From Cetorhinus maximus (taxonomy: Eukaryota), in the NCBI RefSeq assembly GCF_964194155.1, contig NC_135903.1, positions 7,936,001-8,000,000 of the forward strand: a stretch of 64,000 nt of DNA, read 5' to 3'. The stretch's first letter is position 1, and every line of letters begins with the position of its first letter. The translations under genes and the position numbers were made by a program. The notes beneath the pieces are model-generated. The model saw only the letters and a program-made list of their open reading frames with translations. It had not been told where the DNA came from and searched no databases. This document shows positions 12,801-24,598 of the stretch, piece by piece.

Positions 12801-14044
12801 ATTTACAATCACTGACTTTCAATGTTGGTCTTCACAAAGTACATCAATTCACACTTGTCTTCATTTAACTTCATCTTACGTGCTTGTACCTATTTCACCA
12901 TCCTATCTGTGTCACTCTCTATTCTATCTTAATCTGAAATGTTTTATTTTTACTTATTTTAGGGGGTGCAGTTGCCTGGTGGGTATGGTTACTGGATTAG
13001 ACACACACAGGCCACAAGTTTAAATCCCACCACAGTAAGTTGTGAAATTTAACTCAATAAATTTTGGACCAGAAAGATCAATCAGAGCCGCAGGTTGTTG
13101 TAAATATCCAATTGGTTCGCTAGTATCCTTCAGGTCAGGAAATCTGCCACACTACCTGGTCTGGCCTATGTAGGATTCTAATTCCAAGGCTATGGGGTTG
13201 ACTCTTAATGATCCATGGAAACAAGGGTTGGACAATAAACGCTTCTTGTCGATGTAACCCATATTCCAAAACCAATACTAAGTTCTCCCAACCAGAATTC
13301 CCAACTTTCATGAACATTCTTACAGACCTGACTTCCTGGAAATTTCTGGTGGATAGATAAATGTCTGCATAATGGGATATTAGACTAGCAAGGCTTCTTG
13401 GTACTTGAATTGTTAAAATGTTTTTGAGAAATATTGGTAGCTTAATAAAAAAAAAAGCTCTGAAGATATAGTTGCAATTATGTCATTGCACCCTCAATCA
13501 AACATCATACTAATTCTTATTATTTGTACTTTATATTAAAACTGAGGAAAAAATACAGACCACTCCTGGAGTTGAGGAAGCACCAAGTTGTTTGGACTCT
13601 TTCCCAGCAGATTTTTAAAACTCTCAGTTGGTGCAATACAACTCTAGCTTCTCCTGACTGGACTGCCTCCACAGCCCTGTCCCCTTGCATAAAGACAATA
13701 ATCCTGCTTGCTAATTGGAAAGTGTGCAGTGTCATCGTGTACCTGCAACCAACTCAACTGAAAATATAAGCATTAAAAAACATTGTGCAAACAGAATGAC
13801 CAAATCACCTATTTACACCCCATTTGTTCTGCTCTGGATAGAGACCCACTTGTTACTGGAAACTCCTTGAAATTTGAACATCTAAATCAACTGCTGCTTG
13901 TACCTTTTCCACTCCATGGACAACAATCCCAACTTCTCTATTCTCCCCATATAACTGAGGTCACTCATCCCTGGTGTCGGTCTGCTAATTCTCTTCCGCA
14001 CCTTTAGCGAAGCTTTAATATTCTCCCTACATCCCTTGGTTCAT

Positions 14045-14560
14045 ATTTTATTTGGCAAAAATATACTTTATTCATAAAATATCTAAAAGAACATTACAAA
14101 GCATTTCAAAATAGTCACTACAGAAAGTGCAATGATATTCAAATTTTCCACATAGATCATGTTGCACTCTGAAGTACTTTAATAGAATTGTGATACATGT
14201 AATATTTACTGTCTATATTCAATGTGAGTCATAAAGTCCAAGGGGTTCTACACAATTTCCAACCCCTCAGTAAAAGGCCTTAGACAGCAACCTTTCTCCA
14301 TTGTGCCTCTGCAGCAGCTGCCCCAAGCTTTGTTACATCCCTCAGCACTTAGTCCTGGACCTTGGAATGTGCCAGTCTGCAACACTTGGTCAAGGACAAC
14401 TCTTTGCACTGGAAGACCAACAAGTTTTGGGCAGACCAAAGAGCGTCTTTCACCGAGTTAATGATCCTCCAGCCACGGTTGATGTTTGCCTTGGTGTGCT
14501 TCCTCAGCCGTCCGGAGAGCACCGAGTCCTGCGTCACAGAACTTGGTTCATAAATCACCC
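14045..14560 (-). mobile_element. L1/Tx1-type LINE 3' fragment
   Basis: ORF 14349-14624 segment NINRGWRIINSVKDALWSAQNLLVFQCKELS resembles the Tx1/L1 ORF2 C-terminus; AATAAA on the - strand near 14070. Confidence 0.6.
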
Positions 14561-15907
14561 CTAGATCCTCTGGCTCCTTTATCTCATTTAGGCTCTTATT
14601 TTTCAAGAAGTACTCTCCTACCAAAATGCACTACCTCACACTTGTGTATATTGAAATCCATTCGCAATTTACACACCCATTTTGCCAGTTTATTCACGTC
14701 TTGTAGTCTGCCTCTGCATCGACTATAAAACCCTGCAATATGGTGTTACCAGCAAATTTTAAAATTGCTCTTCTGAATCCCAGGTCTAAGTCCTTTATGT
14801 AACTGCTGCAGACCTAGCACTGATGGTTGTGAAACATTGTTTCATATGAAGTGTTATACCGTACCAGACATTGACTATTGAGACATTAGCTTTTGAGGTC
14901 AATAGCAAATGAATTGTGCTAGCTCTTTGTTAGACTCACACTTGACCATACGGTAGCCTTGCCCATACAGTAAAGCTTTTGCACTGGACTGTGGTTAGAA
15001 ATTGAAAACAGAACGGTGTCCTCCACGGGGAATTTGGACCCTGTGTGAACAGGGTAAGCAATTAGCAAATCAGATTGCAGAATTCTTACTGGGGCATTCA
15101 GAGTTTAAACGAGGGAGTGTCAGTTAGGCTATTTAATTCAATGTCAAATCATGTACAGAAAGCAAAGAGAGGAAAATAAAGGTGGGATTAGAAGAGAGAT
15201 ATAAGATTTAGAAAAAAAGTTTGAAAAAAACATGTTTTTGTTTTTAAACTCTCCAACAATTAAATTTGCAGGAATGAGACTCTACACTTATAACAGTTCA
15301 TTTTCAGTCTCGCAAATGTTGCTTGACTGTAATTAAGACCTAGTGTTCCATTAAAAATTCACTTATACTTGAATGGACAAGCCCTAACTTTTTTTTCTCG
15401 AGCATGTTTAGTGGGTAAGTAGCCCAACTTCACATCTTTTCATGTATTTCAAAGGTGGGAAATACTGGAAGCGCCTGGAAGGATCAGGAATCTCAGCAAA
15501 TTGCTGATTTCTGTGTTTAACTGAGCATCTGCGGTTGCCGATACCGGGGTCCTATTTATCCTGTCATAGCAGTGAGTGCTGGTAGCCTCACCATTATTTC
15601 TACAGCAAAATCAGAGCTAACATATTATTCTGTAAGGTGCCAGTTAGGCTATTTAATTAAATGTCAAATCAATCTTTTTAAGGTCATACAAATTAATTAA
15701 ACACAGGCCAAGTTGAATCTTGTTCTTGTTTGGTGAGAGAACTTTGTAGATTGGTGTGTGCTTTTCAGTTTCAAGGTGTGATTACATACAGCACAGAAAC
15801 AGGCCATTCGGCCCAGTCCATCCATGCTGATGTTTAGGCTCCATTCAAGCCTCTTCCCTCCTTTCCTCATCTAACTCTATCAGCATAAGCCTCTATTCCC
15901 TTCTCCC

Positions 15908-16269
15908 CAGGGTGAACAACACTAGTCGAAAAAAATAAGGGACAAATCGCCATGCACATGCTGGCAAAATCTTGAAAGCTGGGGGAGAGGGGGAACCTGT
16001 GAGAGCAGGGGTGGAAAGGGGCGGGTGGATCTGTGAGAGCAGGGAGGGTGCAGATGCGCAAATTGCCCAGATTATGATTTTGCCACCTGCTGGACATGCG
16101 CAAGCCAGCCCAAAACACCGCAAACCTACCAGGACCAATGCATGTGCAAAAGGAAGGCCTATTATGACACCATAAATCCACGACACAACACATCCTGGGA
16201 AGGCCTGGCCTGGGACAAAAGGCTGAATCATGGGATGGTCCCAGAAAATCCAGCTGGCTAGTCACCCTG
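15908..16269. mobile_element. hAT-type MITE (362 bp) inserted in a CR1 tail
   Basis: Termini cagggtgaac / gtcaccctg; 8-bp TSD cttctccc (15900-15907) / attctccc (16270-16277). Confidence 0.8.
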
Positions 16270-16324
16270 ATTCTCCCTCACTTGCTTATCTAGCCTCCCC
16301 TTAAATGCATCAACATTGCTCACT

Positions 16325-16813
16325 TCAAGAATACAGGAAAGAGGGACAGGAGTAGACCATATGGCCTGAAGAGCCTGCTCTGCCATTCAATACAATTGTG
16401 GCTGATCTTGGGCTTCAATTCAAGTTTCCTGCTGCTCCCCATATCTCTTATTTCCCTGAGTGACCAAAAACCTGTTCAATGATGGAGCATCCACAACCCT
16501 CTCGGGTAGAGAATTCCAAAGATTCACAACCCTTTGAGTGAAGTAGTTTCTCCTTATCTCAGTCCTAAATAATCGGCCCCTTACCCTGAGACTGTGCTCC
16601 CGTGTTTTAGACTCCCCAACCAGTGGAAACAATCTTTCAGCATCTACCCTATCAAAACCCTTCAGAATTTTGTAGGTTTCAATGAAATTGCCTCTCATTC
16701 TTCTAAACTCCAGAGAATGTAAGACCAATTTACTTAGCCAAACCAAAGGACAACCCCCTCATCCCAGGGACCAATTTAGTGAACCTTTGTTGTAATGCCT
16801 CCAATGTGGAGAT
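16325..16813 (-). mobile_element. CR1 LINE fragment (continues at 18890-19150 after an LTR-like insertion)
   Basis: ORF 16420-16746 SLEFRRMRGNFIETYKILKGFDRVDAERLFPL; sequence resumes gaccaaaactgcacacaatattcc at 18891. Confidence 0.88.
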
Positions 16814-18889
16814 TGTTATGACCACAGCTGATGTTGCTCACTGAGCAAGCAAAATCCCAGAGGGCAACTTGTCTTACTGATCATAACCTTTATTTGTTGT
16901 ATTCTGAAAATGAGGAGAAACCTACTGAACCCAGAAACACAGAATTCCAGTAACACTTCTGCGGTTTTAAAAATTAAAAGACTTATTAACAAGAAGAAAC
17001 AAAAACGTAAGCACACAAGATTAAAGTTATGCAGTTAAAACAGTCTTACAAAACCTCCCCAAAAGAACCCACTTGGTCAGAACACACAAGTAAACACACC
17101 TTCTTGGCAATGCTCCCTTATAAATTTTTAACTCTAAAAATCCAATAATATTACCCAAGGCAAAACTGCTGTAACTTTGTTAAAGGTATACCACACAACT
17201 TCTCACTCTCTTCCACTCTGCTGTGGAAATCCAAGAATATTCAGAAACAAGACTGCTTCCAGAAACAGTCTTTCAGGATTTCTGGATGGCAGCTTCAGAT
17301 TTCGCACCTTCTCTCAGCACAGAACTGGTCCCAGGATATCTTCCCCAACCTGCCGACACAACTCAGCTCAACATCTTTCCATGAGTATCCTTTTTCCCTT
17401 TGTCAGCTACAAATTACTTATGGGCATATTGAACTTTATAAGGATGACGTGTGTGTTTTTTTAAAAAAATACAAGCAAGGACACTGAGCAAACGATGGCT
17501 GATAATGTAAAGTGAACACTTTCTGGAAAATTCCTATGTGGATTATGCTGACAGGCCTGGTCCTGAGAGAACATGGAAATGTCGCACCTGAAAAGGTGTC
17601 AGGATGTTCTTCAAGCAGAGACACTTGAAAGGGAGATAGGAAAGATACAAAAGAATTAACTTTAATCTCTTGTGGTTGCGGAGACAAAGACTGATTATCA
17701 CGCCTCAGTGGACATCTAAAGTCAATCTGTTGATTTGTATCTCAGAATGTGTAAAATGGTCAGAGATCAAAGAAAACAGACTCTGGACGCAAGACGTGCT
17801 TTTACAGGAATGCACAAGGAGAATGGGTTTTGAAAAGTTAGCTGCAAAGCACTGCTAGAGTGCTGTGAGAATGATAGAACAAGAAGACCAATTAGTCACC
17901 CCTGTAGTTGCAGGTGATCTCTCTCTCTCTCTCTCTCTGTTGCTGGAGGCAAGGCTCAGCAGAAGCCACAAAAACAGGAAATAGGACAGCTTCTTCAGCT
18001 ACCCTGCAGAACCAAGTGTCTCCAAAGCAACTGCAAAGTTGCCCAAAGTCAGCTCTACCGGAATCACCCAACTTAACAGCTCCAACGTTTCATTTATCTT
18101 TCTAAACTTTTATTTGGACTCTTAACTTCTCATTTCTGATCTGGACGCATGTGTGTTGTGTTTTTATTATTTTTCTTGTCTTTTCAGTAACTAATAAGCT
18201 TATTCTTTCTGTCATTCAAGAAAGCCTGGTTAAATTGGCTCCTTCTTAAAAAAAAAATGAATACATTTGGACAGGGAGAAGGTATCCCTTTTAAATTAAC
18301 CTTGCTGGAACAAGCGAGGGGGTTGAATAAAGAAGGAGAGCCAGCTCATTCCTCCTCACCCAGGAGCAAAACAAAATTAGGGTCCCATTCGGGGAGGTAA
18401 CAAATTGGGAGGCCTCACCTGGAGACTGGACATAATGCCCTTCATCTTTGATTATTCCATTTTCCTCAGCACCTCTATGAACCCAACTTTTCCAAAATAT
18501 AAAAATCTTTCATGTTTTCCCATTGCCTCCCCTTTCGGATCAAATAAAATTTAAGAACCTTCCTTTGTTTACTTATGAAACCTTTGCCACTTGTAAAAGT
18601 CCCTTACTCCCCTTTGAAATTTAACTGCTGAAAAACCAAGTCTCTATCTATCTCTTAATACAATTTTCTAAACCTAACCTATTTACTCATAAATCCACTT
18701 TACCATAGCTTCTCATTACAAATGCATGCATTTAGCACATTTATCTCTCAACTCCCCCCCGCAGACAAGTTGTCTTTATTAACCTTTCCCCAGCTTAATT
18801 AAATAATTTATACAAATGCACACATGCAGTCTTTACAGAATTACACAATATTCCCCAAAAATATTTTTAAAATAACATCCACCCTCACA
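16814..18889 (-). mobile_element. Solo-LTR-like element containing a second nested LTR-like element (about 17437-18436)
   Basis: TG..CA ends (tgttatgacc / accctcaca); 4-bp TSD agat/agac; cleanly splits a CR1. Strand is tentative. Confidence 0.7.
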
Positions 18890-19949
18890 AGACCAAAACT
18901 GCACACAATATTCCAGATGTGGTCTCACAAAATCCTGTACAATTGTAAGAAGACTTCTTTAATCCTGTACTCCTTACAATAAAGGCCAATATACCATTTG
19001 CCTTCCTAATTGCTTGCTGCACCTGCATGCTATCTTTCTGCGTTCCTTATACAAGCACTGCCAAGTCTCTTTGAACATCAACACTTAAAACTTTCACACT
19101 TTTAAAAAAAATTCTCCTTTTCTATTTGTATGACCAAAGTGAATAGCTTACGATCACTTCATGTGGTAGTGGGTTCCACATCCTCTTCACTCTTAGATAA
19201 AGATGTTGACTATTTGATTTCTTGGTGACTCTCTGACCTGATTACTGCTAGATTCGAGTATGGCACCAAGGCAAGTTAGTTGCTGGAAAATCCTCTCCAT
19301 ACTTGCTATTAGTTACATTAACGGCTGATGAGATCCTACATGTCCTTTACTTTTACAAAGGACAGGGCCCTGTGTGTGAATATATGTAGCTATTAGTAAG
19401 AGAAGGTTGAGAGGAGATTTGATAGAGGTATTCAAAATTGTGAGTGGCCTGGACACAGTAGATGGGGAGGAAGAGTTTCCATTTGTGGAAGCTCAGGAAC
19501 CAGAGGGCACTGATTTAAGATGATTGGCAAAAGAAGCAAAAGCGGCATGAGGAAAATCTTTTTTTATGCAGCCGAGATCTGAAATGCACTGCCTGAGAGT
19601 GTGGTGAGCAGATTCAACTGTGGTTTTCAAAAAAAAAATTGGATCTTTATCTGAAAAGGAAAATTTTGCATGTTTATGGAGAAAAGGCAGGGAGCGGCTA
19701 AGGTTTCCAATTGCAATTAATTGTATTCCTGGAACTTTCATCACATGACTTGCCACCACACTCCAGTCATTAGTCGGCCAACACGTCCATCCTTGTGATG
19801 CGCTGCCTTCAGACACCAAGTGGAAAGCAAGAAGACTCATTACCTAATTGGATGATGCTTGACTGTCGGCTAAACAGCCTTTTTTTCCAATTTTCAATAT
19901 TTTTACATCTGATAGTCACTTGGTAGTACAAAAGGTAAGTATTGCTGAA

Positions 19950-22190
19950 AATAGAGACATGCTGTCGAGGCTTTTCATCTCCCACTCATCAGGGCAGATG
20001 TGTAACAACACCAAATCTCAAAGGGAACAACAATTTGTACTGCATGAGAAAAGGGTGCTGATTGATTGGCAAATGTACTCATATTGGTAGAGGTGTTGCC
20101 ATGGAGAATGCACCAGGGAACAGTTAACTGCCAAGATGTTGTTTAAATTCAAACCTGGCAAGTCAACTCTGGTCAAGGCATTGCCATGGGGAATGAATCA
20201 GGGAAGGGCTGTCCCCCAGGCTTTTGTTTAGTTGAAAAAGGTGCAAGGCATGGACATGTTCTTTTTTGTTTAAGAAGGACAGGGCCCTGTGTGTGAATAT
20301 ATATAGCCTCTAACACGCAGAAGTGAGCCCAAATGATAACCTTAAATTGGTTGTTCTTGTAATTCTTAGCACAGCTGGGGTTGTTTAGCAAGTGTTGTCC
20401 AATCACAGAATCACATCTAATGTCGGACACTATGTTCTCAGTTTTGCAAGCACGGGTTGGTTGAGTACGGTCAGTGCTTTGTCTATTGTTCAATTCGATC
20501 CACCGTCTTTCGGATGTACGGCATCGCAAATGGCACTGAAATTCATATACCACATTACTCATTTGTGTGATAGGCAGAACATCTTTTGGCTTGATGGCAG
20601 CATCCTGTTTAGTGGAGAATACCACTTGTATTGCTACTGCATAATAGTGGCGTAAAATGGCTGTTGTTCAAATTTTTGACACACTTTACACTTTCAGGGT
20701 AATCTGAGATAGACTGGGCCCTTTTCAGGACCAAAAGTGGTAGTCTTAGGCCCATGCGTGATATACAACAAACAATGATCTGATCTGGATAGCCACTATC
20801 CTACAGGATAGCTTTGATATGTCCCAATTTGGCAATAAGCTTGCACAGTGAGTAAATGGCTTGGGGCCTATATATGAAGTTGCCAATAAGGACAATCTTA
20901 TAGTTTTTTAAAATTCATCCATGGGATGTGGGCATTGTTGGCTAGGCCAGCATTTATTGCCCATCCCTAATTGACCTTGAGAAAGTGGCGGTGAGCTGCC
21001 TTCTTGAACCGCTGCAGTCCATGTGGTGCAGGTATACCCACAGTGATGTTAGGGAGGGAATTCCAGGATTTTGACCCAGCGACAGTGAAGGAACGTATTT
21101 CCGTGAAGGAATATATTTCCAAGTCAGGATGATGAGTGGCTTAATGGGGTACTTTCAGGTGGTGGTGTTCCCACCTGTCTGTTGCCCTTATCTTTCTAGA
21201 CGTGTGGGTTTGCATGGTACTGTCTAAGGAGGTTTGGCGAGTGGAACTGTAGAAATCCCAACACATATATTGACCAATGAAAGTGAGCTTGCGGTAGATA
21301 GTAGTAGAGAACCCATTCACGGATTTCTCATCTAGCATGTCAAGGAAAGGAAGCTCGTTAGACTCCTCCATTTCTCCAAGGTGAACTTGAGTGCAGCATG
21401 GAGCCCATTAAGGCATGTGATGAAATTCTTAAAAGCAGCTGCAGATTCAAATATAGCAAATGTATCATCTACATATCAGAAATATGCAAGGGGTAGGAGG
21501 TTGGGGGTAATTCCATCAAAGACATTTCTCATGGAAACTAAAGAATATGTTAGCGAGAGCACGGTCTAAAGGGGATCCCATGGCATTCATTTGGGCAGAC
21601 ATGGTGTCATTATAACAGAACTCAACTGCGCAAGCTGCTGAGATTATAAATTCAATGAATGTAGATTCAGACAATGGTGGCAGGTCTAGATCACCATGAC
21701 ATAGTGATGTGGTGCAAATGTCTATGGCTTCCTTAAGCATTACATCAGTGAATAGGCTAGCAACGTGGAACAAGAACAAAAACAGAATTACCTGGAAAAA
21801 CTCAGCAGGTCTGGCAGCATCGGTGGAGAAGAAAAGAGTTGACGTTTCGAGTCCTCATGACCCTTCAACAGAACTGAGTAATATTAGGAGAGGGATGAAA
21901 TATAAGCTGCATCCCCCCCCGCCCCCGCCCGCCCGCCTTAAACCAGCTTATATTTCACCCCTCTCCTAATATTACTCAGTTCTGTTGAAGGGTCATGAGG
22001 ACTCGAAACGTCAACTCTTTTCTTCACCGCCAATGCTGCCAGACCTGTTGAGTTTTTCCAGGTAATTCTGTTTTTGTTTTGGATTTCCAGCATCCGCAGT
22101 TTTTTGTTTTTATCTATGTGGAACAAGAACATGGGCACAGCATTGCTATTGATATGCAAGTCCGGTATCCTCTTTGCAAGGATTTTTATA
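19950..22190 (-). mobile_element. Decayed Penelope-like retroelement (RT + GIY-YIG), interrupted by later insertions
   Basis: ORF pieces: VASLFTDV..AMGSPL (RT), EESNELPFLD..TTIYRK (RT thumb), SNVVYEFQC..SVIGQHLL..LEAIYI (GIY-YIG). Confidence 0.85.
21775..22078. repeat. 135-bp near-perfect inverted repeat (Penelope pseudo-LTR-like) with 34-nt C-rich spacer
   Basis: Arms 21775-21909 and 21944-22078, about 5 mismatches by eye; flanked by 16-bp direct repeat a(c/t)gtggaacaagaaca at 21763 and 22116. Confidence 0.92.
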
Positions 22191-22339
22191 TCTGGTCAAG
22201 AGACATGTTCAAAGAAAATGACAAAAAAAAAAAAAAAATTTTAATATCCCGCTGATTTTTCTCCAGGGTCACATGCAGCAGTTTCCTGGAGACTCCACGC
22301 CAATCCTGGAGGGTTGGCAATCGTAGGTGAATTGCTCTT

Positions 22340-22578
22340 GCCGAGAGCGGGCACGGGACACGAAAGGACCCAATGGAGGCCGCCGCCTCCTCCTGTACTG
22401 TAACCATTCCCAGGTGTTGTCAATACTTCCGGATTCCACATGGCGCTTCTCACGTAACGTGGGGCGCAATTGTCTCGCCGGCCCCGCGTAATCTACGCGA
22501 TCGCGTCATGGCGCGCGTTACGTGCGTTCTCGATATATCCCATGATTCAAGGCGCTCACTCTCTTTCCCTGAATCACA
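22340..22578 (+). promoter_or_regulatory. RPL23 CpG-island promoter with 5'TOP initiator
   Basis: Pyrimidine tract ctctctttccct (22559-22570) just before the ATG; AT-rich gatatat about 27 nt upstream; YY1-like catggcg motifs; dense CpG. Confidence 0.8.
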
Positions 22579-22591
22579 ATGTCTAAGAGAG
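22579..22591 (+). CDS. RPL23: 60S ribosomal protein L23 (uL14), coding exon 1
   Basis: ATG TCT AAG AGA G|gtaag (MSKR). Full CDS join 22579-22591, 23488-23571, 24465-24593, 26537-26650, 27850-27932 = 423 nt, 140 aa. Confidence 0.95.
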
Positions 22592-23487
22592 GTAAGCGCC
22601 CGGCGGGGATGTCAAAGAGAATCCGCTGTCATCCGTGCCTTGTATTACCAGTGTTCACATTTTAGCGTTCCGATCGTTAGTATAACTGCCTTAGCTGTCA
22701 TCCGATGCGGATATTAGTAATAATTAGCTGACCTGATGACATGATGAGCATTAAACTTGTATCTGCGGCGCCCGCCATGTTGGTGAAATCCCGGTTAGTG
22801 CGGGGAGAGGGTTTTCAATGTTTTATACCCACCCCTGAAAGTGTTTTAACATCTTCTGGAGCCCCTTGCGACCGGATGTAAAGGGGTGGTTTGTTTGGTG
22901 TGAAGCTCAGAGCAGGTGGGCCCGCCGGGTGCAGTTGGCTCCAGCAGCCAGGCCCAGTCAGTAACTCTTGGCCTTGGGGCTTCTCTGTTTAAGGGGGGGG
23001 ATCCGCCTTGATTATTGGATCCCCAGCCTGGTGTGTGGGGGACACACCATCAGCTAAGAGAGGGAGCAGATTAATGGTAAATGCGATCAGCAGTTTAAAG
23101 TTCTGCTTGCCATCTTTCACTATTATAAACTTCTGCTAAGATTGCAACATAAAATATTGTTCAATAAACCGACAATGTTGGTGGAAATGATTAGAAAGCT
23201 AGACAAGATCCAAATATTTCCTGCACTTTCTTGTTCATACTTCAAATTTCTAATGTCTGCAGTACCTTTACTCTTGTGTAAAGTAGTGATTGGTAACTAC
23301 TCATTCTGCACTATCCTTGGTGATAATTTTTGAAAGGCTTGAAATTACCTGGTTATGTTTTTTATTGTAATGTATACCTGCTACAGGTCCTGGAACGGCC
23401 TGTGGGAGGTAATCAGCTGTTAGGAGTCCACTTGTCACTTGTGTGTCGTACTTAAATGATTAAATGTCTCATTTCCATTGGTTACAG

Positions 23488-23571
23488 GACGCGGTGGTTC
23501 GTCCGGAGCGAAATTTCGCATCTCCCTCGGTCTCCCCGTGGGGGCTGTGATCAACTGCGCCGATAACACAG
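23488..23571 (+). CDS. RPL23: RPL23 exon 2
   Basis: ttacag|GA..; [28 protein letters not shown]; G|gtaag. Confidence 0.97.
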
Positions 23572-23629
23572 GTAAGAACCATTGTTATTGTGTCTGTTTG
23601 GACCCTATAGGATAAGAGATGAAGTGGGA

Positions 23630-24130
23630 GAACTGTAGTCGTTTTATATTTGGTCTCCGTACCTAAGGAACCATACTTTAGCCTCGGAGGGAAAGTTCAC
23701 TAGTCTGATGTCTGGAATGTGGGAATTCTCCAATGAGAGATTGAGTAGACTAGGTATATATACCCTAAAGTTTAGAGGAAAGAGTGGAGACCTCATTGAA
23801 ACATAAAATTCTTAAAAGGGCCTGATAGGGAAGGTGCTGAGTGGCTGTTTACCCCTGGCTCAGGAGTCTAGGACCAGGAGTCACAGTCTTAGAAAAAGGG
23901 CTGGCCATTTAGGACTGAGATAAGGAGGAGTGCCTTCACTGAAAGGGTTGTTGATCTTTTCCCCCAAGGGCTTTGGATCCTCAGTCATTAAATATGTTCA
24001 AAACCACGATTGACAGATTTCTGGATGCTAAGGGATATGGGAATAGTGCGGGAAGGTTGAGGTGGAAGATCAACCATGACCATATTGAATGGCAGAGCAG
24101 GCATGAATGACCTGCTGCTAGTTCTTATGC
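23630..24130 (+). mobile_element. CR1 LINE 3' fragment in RPL23 intron 2
   Basis: tttggtctccgtacctaaggaa..gacctcattgaaacataaaattctt..; CR1 3'UTR. Confidence 0.75.
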
Positions 24131-24370
24131 TCTTTTTGCTGTCTAATGGAGTGAAGGTCTGTTCCAGTAAATTCAGTTTGTTTCCTCAATTGTATTAGTG
24201 TGTTACTACAATGGGCAGTCAGCACTTCGGCCTATTGGGGCATTGAGTTTCTTTTAATCTTATTTCCAATATGAACTTTGGATGAAATTATTTTGACTGC
24301 ATTGATTTGTGTTGTCAAGCCTACAGCTGTGAATGTTATGTACCTACGCAGAGACCATCTGAATGTGTGA

Positions 24371-24598
<228 letters not shown>

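Noticed and set aside
21709-22159. Two opposing ORFs with near-identical peptide (NKNRITWKNS..DPSTELSNIRRG)
   Set aside because: A by-product of the DNA inverted repeat, not genes.
22741-22840. Possible C/D snoRNA (ATGATGA..CTGA) in RPL23 intron 1
   Set aside because: No terminal stem or recognisable rRNA guide, and the boxes are short enough to occur by chance.
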